From: a virus
Strand: one strand, 5' to 3'
DNA length: 17,633 bases
Virus genome (UHGV): UHGV-0171041
In this document: one piece after another, positions 1-9,139 of the stretch
How the letters are laid out: each line of letters starts with the position of its first letter
Numbering within the stretch: the first letter of the stretch is position 1
Made by a program: the position numbers and the translations under genes
Notes under the pieces: generated by a model
Databases searched by the model: none
What the model was told of the DNA's origin: nothing
The model's input: the letters and a program-made list of their open reading frames with translations, nothing else

Positions 1-47
1 ACAGGGAAAAACGCATTTTTATCGGCACTGAAAATATATTTCTGCAT
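1..47 (-). CDS. Probable tail fibre assembly protein, 5' end only (runs off window edge)
   Basis: Minus-strand ATG at 47..45, 2 nt after the H stop codon, opens a frame reading MQKYIFSADKNAFFPV that continues past position 1. Position matches P2 gene G downstream of H. Too short to confirm by sequence. Confidence 0.35.
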   Translation of the reverse strand, partial: MQKYIFSADKNAFFP

Positions 48-49
48 TT

Positions 50-1234
50 CTACCGTCCTATCGAAATATAACTGAATCTGTATTGCTGTGAGATATCACT
101 GGTTGCCACACGCCACGCTGAATTACTGATATGTTCAAAATTTACAGACAAAACCTGCGGGGCAGGATTCGACGGGTCTGACTGAACGGCATCAGACATA
201 ACACTGACTGAAACCATCGGCTGATTAGGGAATGGTATAGGGAAGTGTCCACTGATAAAGCGGGTCGTGTTTCCTGAAAAAGTGCCAAACTGAACAATAT
301 ATCCACCTGGTAGCCTGAACCATCCCGAACCAGAAGCGAATGCTCCCATATCCGGTATCTGATTATCTCCTGTGCCCACATTCCGTTTTGCCGCTTCTCC
401 CAAACCAAGGTATGCGAGAAGACCGGCAACATCCTTTCCACTCAAATGAGTCAGCGTATTGTCCAGCGGTTGTTTACCTGCCAGCGCATTGTTAATGGTG
501 GTGCTGAATTTCGGGTCATTGTTAATGGCCGCGGCAATTTCTTTCAGTGTGTCCAGCGTGGCTGGCGCGCCGTTAATCAGAGCGGTAATAGCAGCCTGAA
601 CAAACTCAGTGGTCGCAATCCGCGTGGTGTTATTTCCTGCGGCAGGCGTCGGCGCTTTTGGTTCTCCGGTAAATGTCGGATTATGTTTCTGCGCATACTG
701 GGTATGAGGGTCCTGTGCGGCAATGTGTTTGCTCATCTGGTCATCCACATACAGCCTTAATTCCAGGACTTCATCATCCACATATTTACGGGTCGCCAGT
801 ACCACCGACGGGTCGATTTTCAGCGTGATGGCTTCGGTATTCGTGACAACCAGAATCATGCGGATAGTCTGGGTGCGGCCACTGCCTTCCTGTAACAGCG
901 GTTTGTACGTTTCCGGGCAGTTCGCCACCGCAATGAGTACGCCTTCATCATCATAAAGCCCAATCTCACGGATCCAGAATCCGCCCTCGTTCTCAGGGAT
1001 GATTTGCTCCGCAATAATCTGGCTCTGGTTGTTCGGGTCAACACTCAGAAGATTCAGCGGCGCGATGCGTTTCTGGTTAATCAGTTTTATCTGTGCCGGG
1101 TCTGGTGTCGGCAAGACACCATTCGCATCACCAACGGCCATTTGCGTCAGATTCAGCTTACTGCCGAGCATCGTCGCGTTAGCCAGCCGTGCTGCGCCCT
1201 GATTAGTCAGAATGGCGTAGTATTTCACTGTCAT
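50..1234 (-). CDS. H: Tail fibre protein (gpH-like), 394 aa
   Basis: N-terminal region resembles the P2 gpH N-terminus as recalled (MAVGD..., GGFW.RE.GLYDD.G.LIAVAN...YKP...EGSG). C-terminal part differs and the protein is much shorter than P2 H (about 669 aa). Start overlaps the I stop (ATGA). Confidence 0.85.
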   Translation of the reverse strand: MTVKYYAILTNQGAARLANATMLGSKLNLTQMAVGDANGVLPTPDPAQIKLINQKRIAPLNLLSVDPNNQSQIIAEQIIPENEGGFWIREIGLYDDEGVLIAVANCPETYKPLLQEGSGRTQTIRMILVVTNTEAITLKIDPSVVLATRKYVDDEVLELRLYVDDQMSKHIAAQDPHTQYAQKHNPTFTGEPKAPTPAAGNNTTRIATTEFVQAAITALINGAPATLDTLKEIAAAINNDPKFSTTINNALAGKQPLDNTLTHLSGKDVAGLLAYLGLGEAAKRNVGTGDNQIPDMGAFASGSGWFRLPGGYIVQFGTFSGNTTRFISGHFPIPFPNQPMVSVSVMSDAVQSDPSNPAPQVLSVNFEHISNSAWRVATSDISQQYRFSYISIGR

Positions 1235-1842
1235 GCGTTTACTCTCAGGTTATCAATTAAATGAATGGCCGAGGCCGGGAAATAATCCCCTCCGACAATA
1301 ATGGCCTCCGGGGTGTAGGGATAAACCGTCAGGGCGTCGCCGTGATAGCATCCCGCACCGGCAAAAATGTTGCCGGTTGTACTTAAGCTGATAGCCAGTC
1401 CCGTCAGATGGCGGCTTGCCGGTTTTGCATCAGCAACGAGGCGCTCCAGCTCCTGATACATTTCCTCGGTAATACCCTGCTCAAGCACACCAACAACGAT
1501 ACGGAACGTCCCCGGCTCCTCGTTGAGCTGCCACCACTCCCTTACCTCAATCAGATAGCCGAGCGGCTCCACCACACGCCGGATTGCGCCTATAGTGCCC
1601 TTATGGCAGTGAATGAAATACGCATCGCGGATAACAGCGCGTTTTGTCGCTTCCGGCCACTTATCATCCCAGCGGTCAACCGAAAATGACCACGCCAGCC
1701 ACGGCAGCAGATTTGCCGGGCAGGTGTCCGGGTTCCACAGCTCACGAATACTGACCGGTGTTTTTTCAATTTCCGCACAGGCTTTTGCGGCGGCAACTTC
1801 AAGCGGCGATGAGCCGGTTGGCAGCAGTCGCGAATCACTCAT
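1231..1842 (-). CDS. I: Baseplate assembly protein gpI
   Basis: 203-aa ORF whose N-terminus (MSDSRLLPTGSSPLEVAAAKACAEIEKTPVSIRELWNPDTCPANLLPWLAW) matches P2 gpI as recalled. Lies between J and H as in P2. Confidence 0.9.
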   Translation of the reverse strand: MSDSRLLPTGSSPLEVAAAKACAEIEKTPVSIRELWNPDTCPANLLPWLAWSFSVDRWDDKWPEATKRAVIRDAYFIHCHKGTIGAIRRVVEPLGYLIEVREWWQLNEEPGTFRIVVGVLEQGITEEMYQELERLVADAKPASRHLTGLAISLSTTGNIFAGAGCYHGDALTVYPYTPEAIIVGGDYFPASAIHLIDNLRVNA

Positions 1843-2743
1843 CCGAGCCTCCGGTCACGACTCTGTATTCGGTACAGAAAGATGCCTGCGTATTGTTGAG
1901 CACGATGTCGGCCAGTGGTGCGGCCAGCTCGACACGCTGCACGCCTTCCACATGCAAAGCGGCATAAATGGCAGACAGACGGATGTCGCGCCCCAGCCGG
2001 TGCTGTGCCGTGATGTACGCTTCCAGTTTTTTCACGGCGGCAGCGCGTATGGGTTCGCTTTCGGGACCAGGGTAAAGGTAAAGCGTGGCGTTTATCTGGT
2101 ATTCAACGATGGCGGCAGACTGCACGGTCACGCGGTCGGCCACCGGCCTGACGTCCTCGCCATTAAGGGCGTTACGCACCACCGCCAGCAGGTCTTCGGA
2201 TGCGACACCGTTATTTTCACGTGACAGCACAGAGATGGTGACGCAGGCCGGAGACGGACTGGTTACAGAAATATCCGCGACACGCCCGTCGGCACTGCGA
2301 CCATGATACTGATAGGCTCCCACTGACCCGGCGACGCTTAAACCTTCAAACGCCTGCTGAATACGCAGACGATAATCGGTGTCAGATTCCATCACTGCCG
2401 GTGTCGGCGGGATAGTCGAATCATCTGCCGGGGTGATAATCAGGCGCGTGGTGTTGTAATTGGCACCAATCACATCAAGGTCATTACCGGCGGCACAGGC
2501 CAGCATTACCGCCCGTGCGGCCTCATTCACACGCTGACGCCAGATAAGCTCACGATAAGCATTTTCCTCCAGCAGTTTGACGAGAGGCTCAGATTCCAGC
2601 GTCAGGGTACGGGCGACCGCCTCCTGCTGGTCTTCCGGGTAAAGGGAAATCAGTGTCGCCTTGCGTTCGGCAAGAATGGTTTCAAAGTCCAGCTCCTCGA
2701 CCACATCCGGTGCAGGTAGCTGGTTCAGGTCGATAATCGGCAT
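1835..2743 (-). CDS. J: Baseplate assembly protein gpJ
   Basis: 302 aa, same length and sequence character as P2 gpJ. Stop overlaps the I start. Confidence 0.9.
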   Translation of the reverse strand: MPIIDLNQLPAPDVVEELDFETILAERKATLISLYPEDQQEAVARTLTLESEPLVKLLEENAYRELIWRQRVNEAARAVMLACAAGNDLDVIGANYNTTRLIITPADDSTIPPTPAVMESDTDYRLRIQQAFEGLSVAGSVGAYQYHGRSADGRVADISVTSPSPACVTISVLSRENNGVASEDLLAVVRNALNGEDVRPVADRVTVQSAAIVEYQINATLYLYPGPESEPIRAAAVKKLEAYITAQHRLGRDIRLSAIYAALHVEGVQRVELAAPLADIVLNNTQASFCTEYRVVTGGSDE

Positions 2744-2747
2744 GGTT

Positions 2748-3095
2748 TCAACTCACAGGGATGGTTAACGAAAGTGGCTGGCCGGTGTCGTTGTGCTGAC
2801 CGGTTAACGTGACCGTCATTCGCCCGTCAAAGCTGCGCGTCGTGGTGACGGATGACAGGGTGACACGGGGTTCCCATTTCAGCACTGCCATGTAACAGGC
2901 GACCTTAATCTGCAACTCAAGCGCCGGGGTCTGCGGCTGGTCAATCATTGACGCCAGCAACGAGCCGTAATCACGACGCATCACCCGTGAGCCGACCGGT
3001 GTGCGCAGGATATCGCCGATACTCTGGCTGATATGCTCAAGGTCAGTGACAGTCAGGCCATCACTGCGATTCATTCCGAGATAACGCGCTGTCAT
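2748..3095 (-). CDS. W: Baseplate wedge protein gpW
   Basis: 115 aa, matches P2 gpW in size and position. Translationally coupled to V (overlap at 3092..3095). Confidence 0.9.
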   Translation of the reverse strand: MTARYLGMNRSDGLTVTDLEHISQSIGDILRTPVGSRVMRRDYGSLLASMIDQPQTPALELQIKVACYMAVLKWEPRVTLSSVTTTRSFDGRMTVTLTGQHNDTGQPLSLTIPVS

Positions 3096-3727
3096 AGAGG
3101 ACTCCCGGTTGTGCCGCCGCTGTCGCCGGGGTGTTTATGGGTATGCAGTACCTTACCGTTTGATGAGAGTTCACCGCCGGTGTGTTCAATGTTGCCGTGC
3201 ATCGTCCCGCCCTTCTGCACTTCCAGCGTGCCGGTAATCAGCCTGTTGGTGCAGACCACCTCCGGTGTGTCCAGGGTGACGCGGGTTGATGCTTTCACCG
3301 TGACCACCGGCACCGTGGCAGTAACAGAATCAGAAGCCGTCACGCTGGCCGTTTTAATTCCGCTTACCGTGAGTGCACTGGTTTCGGGTTCATACTCAAT
3401 CACCGCCCCGTCAGGGAAACGGATATGCAGGGCATCCGCCGACGCAGACGGCGCGGGGTTATCGCCGGAATAAATCCCCGGCAGAACAAACGCCGTGTCA
3501 AGTTCACCGCCCACGGCCAGAATCAGCACCTGCTCTCCCACGGAAGGTGCCCACCATGTGCGCGAACGCCCGGCACGACAGGTCAGCCACTGAAGCCAGT
3601 CGGTGCACATGCCGCCGGTCTGCACACGGCAGCGACCGGCGTTAAGGTCGGTTTCGACGATAATGCCGGTGCGAATCATGTTGCGCAGTGCGCGCGCGAG
3701 TTCCTGAATATTTGCGAGAGTGTTCAT
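3092..3727 (-). CDS. V: Baseplate spike protein gpV
   Basis: 211 aa beginning MNTLANIQELARALRNMIRTGIIVETDLNAGRCRVQTGG, recognised as P2 gpV. Confidence 0.9.
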   Translation of the reverse strand: MNTLANIQELARALRNMIRTGIIVETDLNAGRCRVQTGGMCTDWLQWLTCRAGRSRTWWAPSVGEQVLILAVGGELDTAFVLPGIYSGDNPAPSASADALHIRFPDGAVIEYEPETSALTVSGIKTASVTASDSVTATVPVVTVKASTRVTLDTPEVVCTNRLITGTLEVQKGGTMHGNIEHTGGELSSNGKVLHTHKHPGDSGGTTGSPL

Positions 3728-3738
3728 AACGGGAAGGA

Positions 3739-3762
3739 TGCCGCCGGGTCATACCGGCGGCA
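3739..3762. other. GC-rich stem-loop in the S-V intergenic spacer (9-bp stem, 6-nt loop, no U-tract)
   Basis: tGCCGCCGG gtcata CCGGCGGCa is a perfect inverted repeat seen directly. No T-run on either strand, so not a canonical intrinsic terminator. Confidence 0.5.
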
Positions 3763-3793
3763 ATGTGACGATGAGGTGTCAGGAATGGCACAA

Positions 3794-4246
3794 CTAACGG
3801 TCGAGGTGAGCCAGGATAATCTCTTCAATCATCTGCACATCCTCACTGGTAAAGCCGAGCAGAGGACGCGCCGGATAATCAATTTTCTTACCGTCTTTCC
3901 GGTTTTCTTCCGACAGACCGAACTGATGCACGCTGGCGATTTTCGGTGACTTCCCGCCGTAAAACTCCATTGATGCCTGTTCCGGGCTGGCGCGGATATG
4001 CAAAAAACGACTGGTGATAAGTTTCGCAAACATTTTTCGCTTAACGCGACCGGTCTTTTTTCTGGCGCTCTGCTGCTGGCGTGGTGCGTAGGGTGTGCCG
4101 TCCGGGGCTTTCTGTGCCATCACCCGGCGCTGCTGACTCTGCCGCAGACGTTTCGCCAGTTCGGCGCTCAGTCGCCGACGCCCTGACGGTGACAGCGATT
4201 CAATAAGTCCGGCCAGCCGGTCTTCAAAACGCTTAAACTCATTCAT
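3794..4246 (-). CDS. S: Tail completion protein gpS
   Basis: 150 aa, matches P2 gpS in length, sequence and position. Confidence 0.9.
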   Translation of the reverse strand: MNEFKRFEDRLAGLIESLSPSGRRRLSAELAKRLRQSQQRRVMAQKAPDGTPYAPRQQQSARKKTGRVKRKMFAKLITSRFLHIRASPEQASMEFYGGKSPKIASVHQFGLSEENRKDGKKIDYPARPLLGFTSEDVQMIEEIILAHLDR

Positions 4247-4706
4247 CCCACTTGCTCACCAGTTCGCCATTGATATAAAGCTCCACCGGGCGGGTGACCG
4301 GCTCCGGCGGCGGAGGTTCCGGGATATTCTTCACATGCAGTGCGCCGTCCACCTCACTGACCAGCGTGCGCTCGGTCAGCATCAGGCTGATGCTGATATC
4401 AAAGCTGCTGTCATTGTTGATGTCCGCATAAAACGTGAAGCCCTTTTTCTGGCCTTCGTCGGTGGTCATGATGTCGGGCTGATTTTCCCGCAGCCACGCC
4501 AGCACCGGCACGATGAGCAGGTCAAAATCACCGGTAAAGTCGGTCACAATCACATTGAGCGTGTAACGCTTTTCGAATGACAGCGACGTCGCCAGTGTGG
4601 AGGCAATACTCCCGTTATCCACGAATATCCGCAGCATCTCTGGACTGGTTTTCAGCACCGTGACGGCATCAGTCAGCGCCCTGCGCAGGCTGTCGGGTTT
4701 GAGCAT
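4239..4706 (-). CDS. R: Tail completion protein gpR
   Basis: 155 aa, matches P2 gpR. Start overlaps the S stop region. Confidence 0.9.
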   Translation of the reverse strand: MLKPDSLRRALTDAVTVLKTSPEMLRIFVDNGSIASTLATSLSFEKRYTLNVIVTDFTGDFDLLIVPVLAWLRENQPDIMTTDEGQKKGFTFYADINNDSSFDISISLMLTERTLVSEVDGALHVKNIPEPPPPEPVTRPVELYINGELVSKWDE

Positions 4707-4959
4707 CGTTTTCGTCCTGACAGTGTTTAATCATTTTTACCTGGCTGGCACAGCGTGCCAGCGCGTTCTCAAGCTGTCGGATATCGGCACTTAAATCGCC
4801 GTTCGTCTCCGGGTCACTGCCCGGCATCGGGCAAAGGCTCACTTTCGGGCAGGCGTTGGCGACAATCACTGGCGTCGGTGCAGGCCGGGCGCTGGTGCAA
4901 CCGGCGCACAGCATCAGGCAGGCCAGCGCCGTACCAGCGGCGAAAATCTTCGTTTTCAT
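4669..4959 (-). CDS. lysC: Rz1-like outer-membrane lipoprotein spanin LysC, overlapping lysB and R in another frame
   Basis: 96 aa with an N-terminal signal peptide and lipobox-like LCAGC, proline-rich mature part. Embedded and overlapping arrangement is as described for P2 lysC. Confidence 0.7.
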   Translation of the reverse strand: MKTKIFAAGTALACLMLCAGCTSARPAPTPVIVANACPKVSLCPMPGSDPETNGDLSADIRQLENALARCASQVKMIKHCQDENDAQTRQPAQGAD

Positions 4960-5239
4960 TCAGTAACCTCGTGATGGTTTTCTCGCGCTGTGCTTCACGC
5001 TTCGCCGCGTTCTCCAGTTCCTGACGCAGTGCCACCTGCGCCAGCTCGTTTTTGTCTGCTCTGGCGAGGGCAACATGAAGCTGATTTTTCAGCATGGTGA
5101 TGGTCGTCTGCTGCCCGTTGGCGACGTTGTTCGCCCTGTCCAGCGAGGTGCGCAGGCTGGCGTTTTCATGCTTCGCCAGAAACAGACCGGCCACCGCCAG
5201 TGATAACAACACAACCAGCACAATCATCAGCTTTGACAT
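4814..5239 (-). CDS. lysB: Rz-like inner-membrane spanin LysB
   Basis: 141 aa with an N-terminal transmembrane segment (MSKLMIVLVVLLSLAVAGLFLA) and a coiled-coil-like charged periplasmic part. Matches P2 LysB. Confidence 0.85.
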   Translation of the reverse strand: MSKLMIVLVVLLSLAVAGLFLAKHENASLRTSLDRANNVANGQQTTITMLKNQLHVALARADKNELAQVALRQELENAAKREAQREKTITRLLNENEDFRRWYGAGLPDAVRRLHQRPACTDASDCRQRLPESEPLPDAGQ

Positions 5240-5652
5240 GGTTCCCGCCCCTCAAAACGCTGACGACAGGCCGTGCGTATCAACCGGAAGAACACCGACG
5301 CCACGAGGTAAATCAGCGCGGTAAAAATCCACCCGGCAGCGATCAGCGAGATAAACGTCGCCACCATCACCACCAGAGCCGCCGCCCGTCTGCGCCACGG
5401 CACCGGCTGCAAAAACAGCGACGCGACAATCTTCACGGCCAGCGATTCCGGCGGCAGCTCCCGCCCGTAGCGTTCCAGCACATACTCAGTGGCATACACG
5501 CCGACACCACCGGCAACCACACAGATAACCGTCGCCAGAATCGCCCAGGCGGCGACAAAATTGACGGCCACGCTCTGCGGGTAAATCAGGGACAGTGCCA
5601 GCATCAGCGCCAGCGACACGTTCAGCATCAGTGAAAGGGATAATTTCTTCAT
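5227..5652 (-). CDS. lysA: Lysis timing membrane protein LysA
   Basis: 141 aa, strongly hydrophobic with multiple predicted transmembrane segments. Matches P2 LysA in size and position. Confidence 0.85.
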   Translation of the reverse strand: MKKLSLSLMLNVSLALMLALSLIYPQSVAVNFVAAWAILATVICVVAGGVGVYATEYVLERYGRELPPESLAVKIVASLFLQPVPWRRRAAALVVMVATFISLIAAGWIFTALIYLVASVFFRLIRTACRQRFEGREPCQS

Positions 5653-5666
5653 GGTGTTTACTCCGT

Positions 5667-6164
5667 TTAAGCCGGTACGCCGCCAGCGGTACGCCAGACG
5701 GTGACCAGTTTTTCCAGTGAATGCTCACGCTGACCGTAACCGGCACCCGGCAGGGACGCCCAGATATTGCGACAGCGTGAAATGGCGCGCTCAATGCGTC
5801 CCGCCCGGATGTCATCCAGTGCACCGCGTTCGCGGATCAACTGAATGGCAAGTCTGTCCTGTGACAACGGACTGAAATCCGGCAGGGCAAGCTGTTTGCG
5901 GTAGTGCGGCCAGAACAGGTAAAGCTGCTGATAGCGACCGGAGGCCGTGGACTTTTCACCGCGACGGTTAAACACCTTCGCCGGTCGGCCATGCGCGAAC
6001 GGGTGGTCACTGTAGTCGGTGAAAATTTCCGGCTTCCCGTCCAGTCCGGTGACTATCACGTCATAGCCCCGGTTTTTCGTCAGCGGATGGTTCGCCGTCC
6101 CTTCGGACACCGCCAGCATGTCGAGAAAGGCCGCGATATTCTGATGCGTGTTAATTACCGGCAT
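5667..6164 (-). CDS. K: Endolysin gpK
   Basis: 165 aa beginning MPVINTHQNIAAFLDMLAVSEGT, recognised as the P2 gpK endolysin. Confidence 0.9.
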   Translation of the reverse strand: MPVINTHQNIAAFLDMLAVSEGTANHPLTKNRGYDVIVTGLDGKPEIFTDYSDHPFAHGRPAKVFNRRGEKSTASGRYQQLYLFWPHYRKQLALPDFSPLSQDRLAIQLIRERGALDDIRAGRIERAISRCRNIWASLPGAGYGQREHSLEKLVTVWRTAGGVPA

Positions 6165-6445
6165 TACTGTTTCCCCCTGCCCTTAAAACGGCGCTGAATG
6201 GCAATCTCAATCACCTGATAACCGGCGATACCCAGCATGGAGCCGATGCCGCACACTGCAGGCAGTGACAGGTCAGGAAACTGCACCAGAACAACACCGG
6301 CAACCATCGAGACAAAACCACCGAGCAACATGCGCCCGATAAACAGACGCGGGGTGATGGGTTCACCACCGGCAAGCACCTTGCCGACAACAATCAGCAC
6401 CCCAATCATGAAAAGCGACAGGACGCTTTTTTCTTCTGCTGTCAT
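6164..6445 (-). CDS. Y: Holin gpY
   Basis: 93 aa with hydrophobic transmembrane segments and a charged C-terminus (RRFKGRGKQ). Sits immediately upstream of K as in P2. Confidence 0.9.
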   Translation of the reverse strand: MTAEEKSVLSLFMIGVLIVVGKVLAGGEPITPRLFIGRMLLGGFVSMVAGVVLVQFPDLSLPAVCGIGSMLGIAGYQVIEIAIQRRFKGRGKQ

Positions 6446-6448
6446 GCG

Positions 6449-6652
6449 TTACTCCCACAGATTGACAGTTTCAGCCACGGGCGCGGTCTGAACGTCGGGC
6501 AGTTCGACGGCGGTGCCGTGCGGCAGCACCGCACCCAGTTCAGCCAGTCCCGGATTTGCGGCGAGCACGGTCTCAACCACGCCCTCAGTGCGCCCGTAAT
6601 ACCGGACACAAATGGCGTCGAGCGTGTCGCCCTGTAGCGCAAAGGTCTTCAT
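6449..6652 (-). CDS. X: Tail protein gpX (LysM-like), 67 aa
   Basis: The six-frame ORF is 90 aa, but the internal ATG at 6652..6650 gives the 67-aa product MKTFALQGDTLDAICVRYYGR matching P2 gpX. That start shares a base with the L stop (TGATG). Confidence 0.85.
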   Translation of the reverse strand: MKTFALQGDTLDAICVRYYGRTEGVVETVLAANPGLAELGAVLPHGTAVELPDVQTAPVAETVNLWE

Positions 6653-7161
6653 CAGATTTGACTCACGATGCAGCGCGGCTTGCCCTGGATGCGCGCCACT
6701 GCCCAGCGCATATCCCGCCACAGCTCATCAATGGTGCTGTCAATGCTGTCGGCCTTCTTGTCGCCTTTCGCACTGGCATCCACGCCGCGATAACGTTCAT
6801 AAAGCGACGCGGTCGCCATCGCACACACGGCGCGCTCGTAGTAAAAAACTTTGATGCTTTCACCGTCGATGTCGTCCGCCGGGACGTCCGCCAGACGCGT
6901 AAAACCGGCGGCAATTTTCTGTTCGCGGTACTCGTACAGCTCCGCATTCGTCTCCGCCATGCCTGACTTGATGGCCTCACGCAGACGGGCGGGGGCGACG
7001 GTCTGCTCAAGGCGCATACGTTCCCGGACGCGCTTCGGGTCGATATCGGGAAAAAAGAACGTGTTTTTAATCACCGGCTCGTCGCCTGCCGGTTGCGGGA
7101 TGACCACCGTACCCTCACCGGACACGGGGGCCTCCTTTCGCGGAATAATCAGCGTCATCAT
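6652..7161 (-). CDS. L: Head completion protein gpL, 169 aa
   Basis: Start placed at the internal MMTLIIPRKEAP (ATG at 7161..7159), preceded by GAGG 6 nt upstream. This gives the P2 gpL length; the longer 189-aa frame lacks a ribosome-binding site. Confidence 0.88.
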   Translation of the reverse strand: MMTLIIPRKEAPVSGEGTVVIPQPAGDEPVIKNTFFFPDIDPKRVRERMRLEQTVAPARLREAIKSGMAETNAELYEYREQKIAAGFTRLADVPADDIDGESIKVFYYERAVCAMATASLYERYRGVDASAKGDKKADSIDSTIDELWRDMRWAVARIQGKPRCIVSQI

Positions 7162-7260
7162 GACTACCTCTGAAAAGTCGGGCGGTGGACGCCGGTGCAG
7201 TGTCAGGTGATTCACCCTCACTGACCGGCGTGCCGCCCTGGCGCGGGGCGCATTCGGTTG

Positions 7261-8004
7261 TTAACTGGCTTTCTTTTTCGGGCGTCCACGTTTTGCCGGT
7301 GTCACGCTCCGGATCTTACGCGGGGCGCGGGTGGCCGCTTTGGGCTGCGGCTCCGGCTTCGGTTTCAGCTCCCGCTCCAGTCGTTCAATCTCTTTTTTGA
7401 CGCCTGCCTGACAGTCGAGCTGTGTCGCACGTTGCAGGTGCGCCAGCGCACCGGCGGCATCACCACCATCACGCAGAAACAGACCGGTGATTTTGTGCAG
7501 CTTTGCGCGCACTTCATCAGGCATGTCAGCCGTGGCGGTCAGTTCAAGGGTCTCCGTCAGCAGGCGGGTATCCACAGACTCACCGGCAGCGTGAGCACGC
7601 ATGGCCGCGAGCGCCACCTCCTCGGTGAACATGTACGGCGGGGTGCGGCGGTGTTTACCCGGCATGGTCAGACCGTACTTCAGGGCATAACGGGCAATCT
7701 CCAGCGCACCGGCAATATCGCCGGTATCCAGACGCCACAGCATGACCGTCATCAGAATGTCATCCTGTGCACCTTTGCCCTGCTCCAGCACGCCGTTCAC
7801 CCACGGCAACCAGAACGGCAGCAGTTCGCGTTTTTTCGCGGCCTTCAGCTCTTTTGAATAAATCGCTTTCAGTGTGCGCTGGTCTGCGGCGAGCTTAACC
7901 AGCATCTGCTCATAGACAGTTGCATGTCGCAGCGGGGCGGCTTCCCGCTGCGCGGTCATCGCTGCCGAGACCCGCATCATGTGGCGCTGTGCGGGACTCG
8001 TCAT
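7261..8004 (-). CDS. M: Terminase small subunit gpM
   Basis: 247 aa, same length as P2 gpM. Lies between N and L with a roughly 99-bp M-L spacer as in P2. Confidence 0.9.
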   Translation of the reverse strand: MTSPAQRHMMRVSAAMTAQREAAPLRHATVYEQMLVKLAADQRTLKAIYSKELKAAKKRELLPFWLPWVNGVLEQGKGAQDDILMTVMLWRLDTGDIAGALEIARYALKYGLTMPGKHRRTPPYMFTEEVALAAMRAHAAGESVDTRLLTETLELTATADMPDEVRAKLHKITGLFLRDGGDAAGALAHLQRATQLDCQAGVKKEIERLERELKPKPEPQPKAATRAPRKIRSVTPAKRGRPKKKAS

Positions 8005-8007
8005 CGG

Positions 8008-9081
8008 TTACGCTCCCGGCTCTGCGGTCGCCTTAGCCGGTGTGGAGAAATCACCGACCTTAATTTTTTCCACCAGACAACCGGCGGCGTAGTCTTCCAC
8101 CACGTAATCAATGTTCATTGACTCGTAGTTCTCCACGCGGTCGAGTTTCGGGTTTTCCTCAATCACGCGGCGATGGCTGTCATCCATGTAGTAGATGGAC
8201 AGGTTTTCCAGCTTCGTGATGAGCATCGCATCCGCCGGGAAGTACGGGACGCGTACCGCTGGCAGGTTACCGATGCGTTTCTGGCTGATGATGACGTCAG
8301 CGGCCAGCATTTCGCTGTTGTCCTGCTCCTTGTTGACGATGGGGAAATATTTGTCCGCCAGCAGCTGACGCCCCACAATCACCACAAGGTCAGGGTCTTC
8401 CTGATACCACGGCTCAATCAGGTTGTTGGTCGCATCCATCACCAGTGCATCGAGGCTGGCATAATCACCGCCCTTACCCACGCGGATGACCTCAGAGGTG
8501 GTGTGCCCTTCCTCGTCAGTGACCTTGCTCATCACGCGCGCCGGTGCTTCATTGCGGTATTTCTGCAGCCAGCCGACCGCCACATCCTGCAGCATCGGAT
8601 TGCTGCTGCGGTCAGAGGTTTCGGCACGCTTCACGCCGTTAAAACCGGCCATGATTAAATCAAGGGACTGGCGTTTGATAATGGCGTTACGGATACGGAG
8701 CTGGAAATCCTGATAACGCGCCCACAGGTCCAGCGTTTTGTAGCGGATATAAAAATCGAAGTTAATCTGGTCGCATTCGTACTTACTGGACGCCAGCTTC
8801 GAGAAGTCCTTCGGCTGACGCTCGGTGCCACCGGCGGTGTCGGTGGTGCTGGCGATGGAGCCGGTGACACCGATGCCAATTTTTTCCCCTTTCATTTCGC
8901 TGACCGGCACAATGTTGATGCGGGTCAGAAAGTCAGAGGACTCCTGCATGGTGTTCATCAGGGTCTGGGTGACCGACGGTTCAACGGTGAATTTTTTCGA
9001 CACATCACCGGCGTCGATGCCGTTCAGTTCGGCAACACGGGACAGGTAGGCATTAAATTTAAAGCGGGTTTCCTGGCGCAT
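8008..9081 (-). CDS. N: Major capsid protein gpN
   Basis: 357 aa, same length as P2 gpN, beginning MRQETRFKFNAYLSRVAELNGIDAGDVSKKF. Confidence 0.92.
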   Translation of the reverse strand: MRQETRFKFNAYLSRVAELNGIDAGDVSKKFTVEPSVTQTLMNTMQESSDFLTRINIVPVSEMKGEKIGIGVTGSIASTTDTAGGTERQPKDFSKLASSKYECDQINFDFYIRYKTLDLWARYQDFQLRIRNAIIKRQSLDLIMAGFNGVKRAETSDRSSNPMLQDVAVGWLQKYRNEAPARVMSKVTDEEGHTTSEVIRVGKGGDYASLDALVMDATNNLIEPWYQEDPDLVVIVGRQLLADKYFPIVNKEQDNSEMLAADVIISQKRIGNLPAVRVPYFPADAMLITKLENLSIYYMDDSHRRVIEENPKLDRVENYESMNIDYVVEDYAAGCLVEKIKVGDFSTPAKATAEPGA

Positions 9082-9139
9082 AGTTTTTCCTGAAATTAAG
9101 GGTTAATCGTGAAGGTTTTCCCGGACTGACTGACGCCGG

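Noticed and set aside
1613-2224. 203-aa plus-strand ORF antisense to genes I and J
   Set aside because: Lies wholly inside two well-supported minus-strand genes in GC-rich DNA where long antisense frames arise by chance. No ribosome-binding site or recognisable protein features.
7162-7260. 99-bp M-L spacer with GC-rich imperfect dyads, a possible regulatory site
   Set aside because: No clean inverted repeat or promoter consensus found. The spacer has the same length as I recall for P2 and is probably just the conserved intergenic region.
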